Shown one piece after another: positions 58,821-64,000 of a stretch of 64,000 bases of DNA (position 1 is the stretch's first letter; each line of letters opens with the position of its first letter). The stretch is from an uncultured archaeon (GTDB taxonomy: Archaea; Iainarchaeota; Iainarchaeia; Iainarchaeales; CAZILS01), in assembly GCA_964540145.1 (NCBI GenBank), contig CAZILS010000003.1, forward strand, positions 41,799-105,798, written 5' to 3'. Both the position numbers and the translations under genes were made by a program. The notes beneath the pieces are model-generated. The model was not told the DNA's origin and searched no databases. It worked only from the letters and a program-made list of their open reading frames with translations.

Positions 58821-58834
58821 AAAAGTATACTTTT
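58821..58834. promoter_or_regulatory. Perfect palindrome AAAAGTATACTTTT, putative operator
   Basis: 14-bp palindrome overlapping the putative TATA/BRE of the rbr operon. Confidence 0.5.
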
Positions 58835-58935
58835 CGGAGGGAAATATCCCTTATTTCCCCCGGGCCTTTATAAAGCAACCATTATATATTTGTCCCAAAA
58901 CAATTAATATATGCGAAGAGGAATCTTTTTTTGAG

Positions 58936-61314
58936 GTGAGCATTTTCCGGGCGGGCAATAAAATAGGCAGGATAGGCGCCAAGGTACTGGCATTTGACGG
59001 AGGGATGGGAACGCTCCTTAGCGAGGCTTTGGGGGGAAAGCCGTTCCAGAGCGCCGAACTAGTCCTCTCAAAGCCGGAGCTGATTGAGAAAATCCACAGG
59101 GAGTATGTGGAGGCAGGCTCGCAGATTATCGGGACAAACACCTTCTCCGCAAACCCGCTAAAACTCGCCGAAATAGGCCTTGAAAAAAAGTGCATTGAGA
59201 TTAATGAAAAAGCGGTTGAGATTGCGAGGAACGCGGCAGGCGGCAAGGATGTCCTTGTTGCGGCATCCATTGGCCCTTTGGGGAAATGGATAAAGCCTCT
59301 TGGCGATTTGGAATTTGAGGCTGCTGTCAGGGCATTCAGGGAGCAGATAGCGGGCCTCGAGAAAGCGGATTTTCTTTTGTTTGAAACTTTCACAGACCTG
59401 AAGGAGGCGAAGGCAGCAGCTATCGCCGCAAAGGAAGCGGCCTCCCTGCCTTTCGCAATCTCATTTTCATTCGAGGGAGGAACCCTCCCAACCGGCTCCT
59501 CCCCGGAATGCTGCGCTGTGCTTGCAGAAGCCGTAGGGGCCTTCATGACCGGGGTTAATTGCGGCTCCTCGCCCGCGGACGTAATCGCGGCGGCAGAGAA
59601 ATACTCGAAGAGCTGCAACCTGCCTATCCTCGCCTACCCGAACGCAGGCCTGCCCAAACTTGTTGAAGGCAAAACCGTTTTCTCTGAAACAGCGGAAGGG
59701 TTTGCGGGATATGCGGAAAGGCTGCTCAAGGCAGGGGTTTCTGTTATCGGGGGCTGCTGCGGCTCCACCCCCGAACACATTGCCTCTGTCGTAAAAACAG
59801 TCGGTGGAAAAGATGTCGAAAAAAGAAAGAAGCTTGAAAACCCGGTTTTCTCCTCACGGACAAAAGTTGTCTATATGGATAAGCCGCTTGCGGTCGGCGA
59901 AAACATAAACCCTTCCGGGAAGAAGGACCTTACCGCAGAAATCAAGGAAGGCAAAACTTCGCTCCTCCAGAAGATGGCAATTGAGGAGGAGAGGAACGGC
60001 ACAGACCTCATTGATGTGAATGTCTCCGTTGTCAACCACACGGACAGGGATTTCCTCAACAGGGCGGTAACTGCTGTAAGCTCTGTTGCCGCATGCCCCA
60101 TAAGCATAGACTCCCCCGATTCAAATTCACTTGAAAAGGCGCTGCGCGAGTACTGCGGCAAGCCTCTCCTGAACAGCGTTAACGGGACAAAGGAAAGTTT
60201 GGAAGAAATTTTGCCTCTCGCGGCAAAGTACGGCGCCAACATAGTTGCGCTCTGCCTCGACGATTCAGGGGTTCCAAAAGACTGGGAGAAAAGGATAGAG
60301 ATAGGAAAGAAGATTGTGAAAGAAGCCGAGAATGCGGGAATTCCGAAGAAAGACATTTTCGTTGACGCAATAACCCTGACAATCGCAACAGGCAAAGAAA
60401 ACGCAAAGAACACTTTGCTTGCGGTCAGGGCCTGCCAGGAAAACGGCTGGCACACGATTTTGGGGGTTAGCAACATCTCCATGGGCCTGCCTGAAAGGAG
60501 GAAGATAAACGTTGAGTTCCTCGCAAGGGCTTTGGAGGCAGGCCTCGACCTCGCAATTGTCGATGCCTTCGACCCGCTCTCCCTCGACCTTGTGCACGGC
60601 GCGGCAAACCTGGAAGGGATAGGCTCCATAGAAGAAACTTCCAAGGAGCTGTTCAGGCCAAAGGTTGCTTTGGATGAAGATGCTCCCATTGAGGAGCAGC
60701 TCGGAAAGGTCATTGAATTTGGTTTGGAGGAAGACGCTGAAAAGGTTGTCAGGAAAGCCCTTGCCCGGAAAGTTGATCCCCTCGAGATAAGCTCGGCCCT
60801 GATTGAGGGCATGAATAAAGTCGGGAAGAAGTTCAAGCGCAACGAGATTTTCCTCCCGAGTGTTTTGCTTTCAGCAAACTCCATGAAAATTTCGCAGAGC
60901 CTAATCAAGCCCTACCTCAAAAAAGCAGGTCCTAAAACCGGAAAGAAAATCCTGTTCTGCACGGTTGAAGGGGATATCCATGACATAGGCAAGGGCATAG
61001 TCATCTCTTTGCTCGAAAGCAACGGCTTCGAGGTAATTGACCTTGGCAAGGACATTTCAGCAGAGGAGATTGTCGAGGCCGCAAAGAAGCACAGCCCCAG
61101 CATTGTGTGCATGAGCAGCCTCATGACAACAACAATAGAGGAGATGCCGAAGGCAATAAAGGCTCTTAAAGATAATGGGCTAAAGATTCCTGTGATGGTA
61201 GGCGGGGCTGTCGTTACGGAAGAGTACGCCGGGCAGATTGGCGCAGAATACGGAAGCGATGCCCTTGACGCCGTTGAAGAAGTAAACAAAATATTCAGGA
61301 TGTGGAAGAAATGA
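58936..61314 (+). CDS. metH: Cobalamin-dependent methionine synthase lacking the AdoMet reactivation domain
   Basis: DGGMGT, GVNC, GGCCG (Zn); GENINPSG pterin domain; GDIHDIGK B12 motif; start uncertain. Confidence 0.92.
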   Translation: MSIFRAGNKIGRIGAKVLAFDGGMGTLLSEALGGKPFQSAELVLSKPELIEKIHREYVEAGSQIIGTNTFSANPLKLAEIGLEKKCIEINEKAVEIARNAAGGKDVLVAASIGPLGKWIKPLGDLEFEAAVRAFREQIAGLEKADFLLFETFTDLKEAKAAAIAAKEAASLPFAISFSFEGGTLPTGSSPECCAVLAEAVGAFMTGVNCGSSPADVIAAAEKYSKSCNLPILAYPNAGLPKLVEGKTVFSETAEGFAGYAERLLKAGVSVIGGCCGSTPEHIASVVKTVGGKDVEKRKKLENPVFSSRTKVVYMDKPLAVGENINPSGKKDLTAEIKEGKTSLLQKMAIEEERNGTDLIDVNVSVVNHTDRDFLNRAVTAVSSVAACPISIDSPDSNSLEKALREYCGKPLLNSVNGTKESLEEILPLAAKYGANIVALCLDDSGVPKDWEKRIEIGKKIVKEAENAGIPKKDIFVDAITLTIATGKENAKNTLLAVRACQENGWHTILGVSNISMGLPERRKINVEFLARALEAGLDLAIVDAFDPLSLDLVHGAANLEGIGSIEETSKELFRPKVALDEDAPIEEQLGKVIEFGLEEDAEKVVRKALARKVDPLEISSALIEGMNKVGKKFKRNEIFLPSVLLSANSMKISQSLIKPYLKKAGPKTGKKILFCTVEGDIHDIGKGIVISLLESNGFEVIDLGKDISAEEIVEAAKKHSPSIVCMSSLMTTTIEEMPKAIKALKDNGLKIPVMVGGAVVTEEYAGQIGAEYGSDALDAVEEVNKIFRMWKK

Positions 61315-62171
61315 CAAACACTTTCAAGGATAAGTTCCTTTCGGCAGAGGATGCAGTGAATACAATAGAGTTAGTCCCCCCAAAAGGCACAGACCTGAAG
61401 CCGTTGCTTGAGAAAGCAGGGAAGCTGAGGGAGTACGCTTCCGCAATAAACATACCTTCCAATCCGATGAGTGCGCTGAAGGCAGGGGCTCTCGGAGTTT
61501 GCTGCGTGCTTAAGCAGCAGGGCTTTGAGCCGATAATGCATTTGACCTGCAAGGACAAGAACAGGCTTGCTGTGCAGTCGGAGGCCATTGCGGCAGATAT
61601 GCTCGGAGTCAAGAATATCCTCGCCCTTACCGGGGACCCTCCCCAGATAGGCGAGCAGCCGGAGGCGAAGGAAGTGAACGACTTCAACAGCTACGATTTG
61701 ATAAAGTCCATTGCCTCGATGAACAAGGGAAAGGACATTATGGGGAACGAGCTTAAGGGAAAGACCGGCATTTTCATAGGCGCAGCCCTAAGCCCCGAAC
61801 AGATAAAGGACAATCCCGACTTTGTCAAGGCAAAGCTGAAGTCCGGAGCAGATTTCTTCCAGACCCAGCCTGTCTATGATATTGATTTCTGCAAACAATT
61901 CCTTGCGGAGGCAGGGAGCGACTCCAAGAAGATTTTGATAGGCGTTCTCCCCCTGAAGAGCGCGAAGACCGCCCATTACTTCAATGACAAAGTCCCCGGA
62001 ATAACAGTTCCGAAAGATTTGATTTCGAGAATAGAATCCGCAGCCAACCCCCAAAAAGAGGGGATTGCACTCGCGAAGGAATTCATCTCGGAGCTGAAAG
62101 GGAAGTGTGCGGGCATCCACCTGATGCCGGTAGGAAACGAGGAAGCTGTTCCCGAACTTTTGGGAAAATAG
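61311..62171 (+). CDS. metF: Methylenetetrahydrofolate reductase
   Basis: ELVPPK, HLTCKDKNR, LALTGD, GADFFQTQPVYD; ATGA overlap with metH. Confidence 0.92.
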   Translation: MTNTFKDKFLSAEDAVNTIELVPPKGTDLKPLLEKAGKLREYASAINIPSNPMSALKAGALGVCCVLKQQGFEPIMHLTCKDKNRLAVQSEAIAADMLGVKNILALTGDPPQIGEQPEAKEVNDFNSYDLIKSIASMNKGKDIMGNELKGKTGIFIGAALSPEQIKDNPDFVKAKLKSGADFFQTQPVYDIDFCKQFLAEAGSDSKKILIGVLPLKSAKTAHYFNDKVPGITVPKDLISRIESAANPQKEGIALAKEFISELKGKCAGIHLMPVGNEEAVPELLGK

Positions 62172-62789
62172 TCACGCTTTAATCAGCACAGCCCTGGCAG
62201 GCGCGCCGTCGCAGTCAATTTTTAGAGGGAAACCTGCAAATACATACTCGCCTTCATCAGCTTCCTTCAAATTCAGCCCTTCAAAAACAACCATATTATT
62301 TACAAGGAGTTGATGAACAGAATCCTCATCCGAGTTGAATTTCTGAATGCTGAGATAATCAAAACCAACAGCCTTCACCCCCATCCCAACCAAATGCTTG
62401 GCAGCACTCTCCTTGATGTGGGCAAAGCCCTCCCTGAACTTTTCATATCCCTTCAGTGAGTTCTCTGTTTTCAGCAAAATTATTTCATCCTTTCGGATAT
62501 CAAGCCCTTCCAGATGCTCCGCCTTAATTTCATTCCCAACCTTAGTAAGGTCGAGAACCCTGCACTTGCCATAGCAGCTTTCAAGGGGAACCTCAAGTGC
62601 GGACTTCCCCCTCTCTTTGATGTGCAGTTCGGAATCAATATGGGTGCCGGCGTGGCTGCCGAAGCTAAGAAGGGTTTCATTAGTTTTCTGCGCAGGGATA
62701 TTTGCGTACTTCGAAAGTTTGGGCGCAGGATTGCCCGGATATACGGGCATTCCTTCCTTCACTTCCATAGATATGTCGATTATTTTCAT
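62172..62789 (-). CDS. Cyclase family protein (KynB-like)
   Basis: HAGTHID, VGFDYLS, EGL, DGAPARAV. Confidence 0.9.
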   Translation of the reverse strand: MKIIDISMEVKEGMPVYPGNPAPKLSKYANIPAQKTNETLLSFGSHAGTHIDSELHIKERGKSALEVPLESCYGKCRVLDLTKVGNEIKAEHLEGLDIRKDEIILLKTENSLKGYEKFREGFAHIKESAAKHLVGMGVKAVGFDYLSIQKFNSDEDSVHQLLVNNMVVFEGLNLKEADEGEYVFAGFPLKIDCDGAPARAVLIKA

Positions 62790-62793
62790 TTTG

Positions 62794-63561
62794 CTAAATC
62801 CTTTCTATAGTCGGGCTGCCCGGCCTGTGCTTCAGCCCAAGTTTCCTCAGGAGCGCATCAACATTCTTTTTTCCGCCGAGCGCCTTGGAAAGGTGGGGAT
62901 AGGTGAACCTTATTGTTCCCTGCACAGGAACCTTCTTCCCGTCTTTCACCGCTTCTTTCGGGGTGTAGATGCCGCCAACAAGGCTTATTCCCTTGCCGTG
63001 CTCTTTCATTACGGCCTTTTCGTGCCTCTTGAAATCCCTGTCCTTGGAGGCTTTGCTTAGCTGGAGGAACACATTGAATTCCTCAAGCGCCATCCTGAAA
63101 TCCTCGGACTCCATGAATTCCCCGTATCCTTTCTTGCCTTTCGATTTCCTAATTGCGTAGAGGAATGGCGTGTAAAGGCCGAGGTCCCGGTTTACCTCTT
63201 TGTAGGCGGAGCCCATCGCCCTGTCCTTCAGGAATTTGGCTCTCGATTCCCCCTTCCTGGCTGCATTGAGCAGGTTGTGGGTAAGTTTCATTCCGCCGCA
63301 GCCCTCGTCATGCCCTATAACCGAAAGGTGCGTGCCGGGATGGTCTTTGTGGAAGCCGAGCTCCATCTTGCTCCTCATGTCCGGGGTATCGTGGAACTTG
63401 TTGCCCGCGTTCTCGTGGCCGTATGACCCCATTACCGAGTGGACTATTTCCGAAGGAACGCCCTTTTTTTTCATGGCGTTTGCGATGAACACGCCCTTCA
63501 CCCTCCTGTCTGTGCAGAAAATCTTCGTTCCGGAATGGACTCCGTGATGCGCTTTAGCCAT
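62794..63561 (-). CDS. Divergent beta-class carbonic anhydrase-like protein
   Basis: CTDRR (CxDxR), ENAGN, VIGHDEGCGG, EFNVFLQL, VGGIY. Confidence 0.65.
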   Translation of the reverse strand: MAKAHHGVHSGTKIFCTDRRVKGVFIANAMKKKGVPSEIVHSVMGSYGHENAGNKFHDTPDMRSKMELGFHKDHPGTHLSVIGHDEGCGGMKLTHNLLNAARKGESRAKFLKDRAMGSAYKEVNRDLGLYTPFLYAIRKSKGKKGYGEFMESEDFRMALEEFNVFLQLSKASKDRDFKRHEKAVMKEHGKGISLVGGIYTPKEAVKDGKKVPVQGTIRFTYPHLSKALGGKKNVDALLRKLGLKHRPGSPTIERI

Positions 63562-63609
63562 TTGACCGCCTCCTTTTCAAATAAGGTGGCTGGGAAAGAT
63601 TTTTATTCA

Positions 63610-63899
63610 TTACTTGCCGGCGGCAGGCGGGGCGCTTAGCGGGCAGCAGAACTTGTAGAGGTTGTATGCCACAATCAGGTATGCAATCGTCCTCACAACT
63701 ATGAGGCTCTCGACAAGGGAGTCCTTCATCCCCAACAGGGTGAATAAGTGCGAAACCCCGAACAGCGCAAAGGCAACACCTATCAGGAGGGCTGTGTCCT
63801 GTTGCGCTTCTTATGGTAGCCGAGAGAGCCCAACACGAGTATCGCCGCGCACAGCACGAGGTTTATCGCGCTTATCGGGTCCCAAATAAACTCAACCAT
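63610..63899 (-). pseudogene. Frameshifted small 3-TM membrane protein
   Basis: MVEFIWDP..GYHKKRNR continues in another frame as TALLIGVAFALFGVSH..GK*; 290 nt, 2 extra nt at GGACACAGCC (~63795). Confidence 0.65.
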
Positions 63900-64000
63900 T
63901 TCCAAGTTAATGGCTAGCCCTGTATTTATTTGTATCGTCCATGGGCCGCTTGGTATAAGGGAAGGCGGCATGTGCGAAACGGACAGGAACCTGCCGAAGT

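Noticed and set aside
58851-58935. Cobalamin or SAM riboswitch before metH
   Set aside because: Short, AT-rich region with no B12-box or S-box consensus
63610-63635. Similarity of TTACTTGCCGGCGGCAGGC to the 43204 repeat
   Set aside because: It is the coding tail (APPAAGK*) of the frameshifted gene; a short GC-rich match is likely chance

Overview
A 64-kb, gene-dense chromosomal window from an archaeon. The evidence is GatDE, archaeal-type GlyRS and ProRS, an ATP-dependent DNA ligase, ZPR1, five intron-less tRNA genes without encoded CCA, and TATA-like boxes about 25 nt before leaderless starts. A DPANN origin such as Iainarchaeota/Diapherotrites is my inference, not demonstrated. Most genes are housekeeping or metabolic: aspS-gatC-gatA-gatB, gatD, gatE, proC-proA-proB-proS, gnd-gntK, malic enzyme, panD, aroB, metH-metF and a rubrerythrin/desulfoferrodoxin operon. 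I found no CRISPR array, transposase or integrase. The most unusual signals are: (1) structured non-coding elements with pairing-preserving substitutions directly behind tRNA genes, including one ~80-nt motif behind two different tRNA-Pro isoacceptors that lead into the proline operon, and a 65-nt tandem repeat behind tRNA-Thr; (2) a membrane-anchored Cys-rich protein with an intact lytic-transglycosylase domain; (3) two paralogous HAMP-PAS membrane sensors with no output domain; (4) an 11-codon Cys-Cys leader ORF with a strong SD and hairpin heading the rubrerythrin operon. All product calls come from motif recognition by eye; no database search was run.
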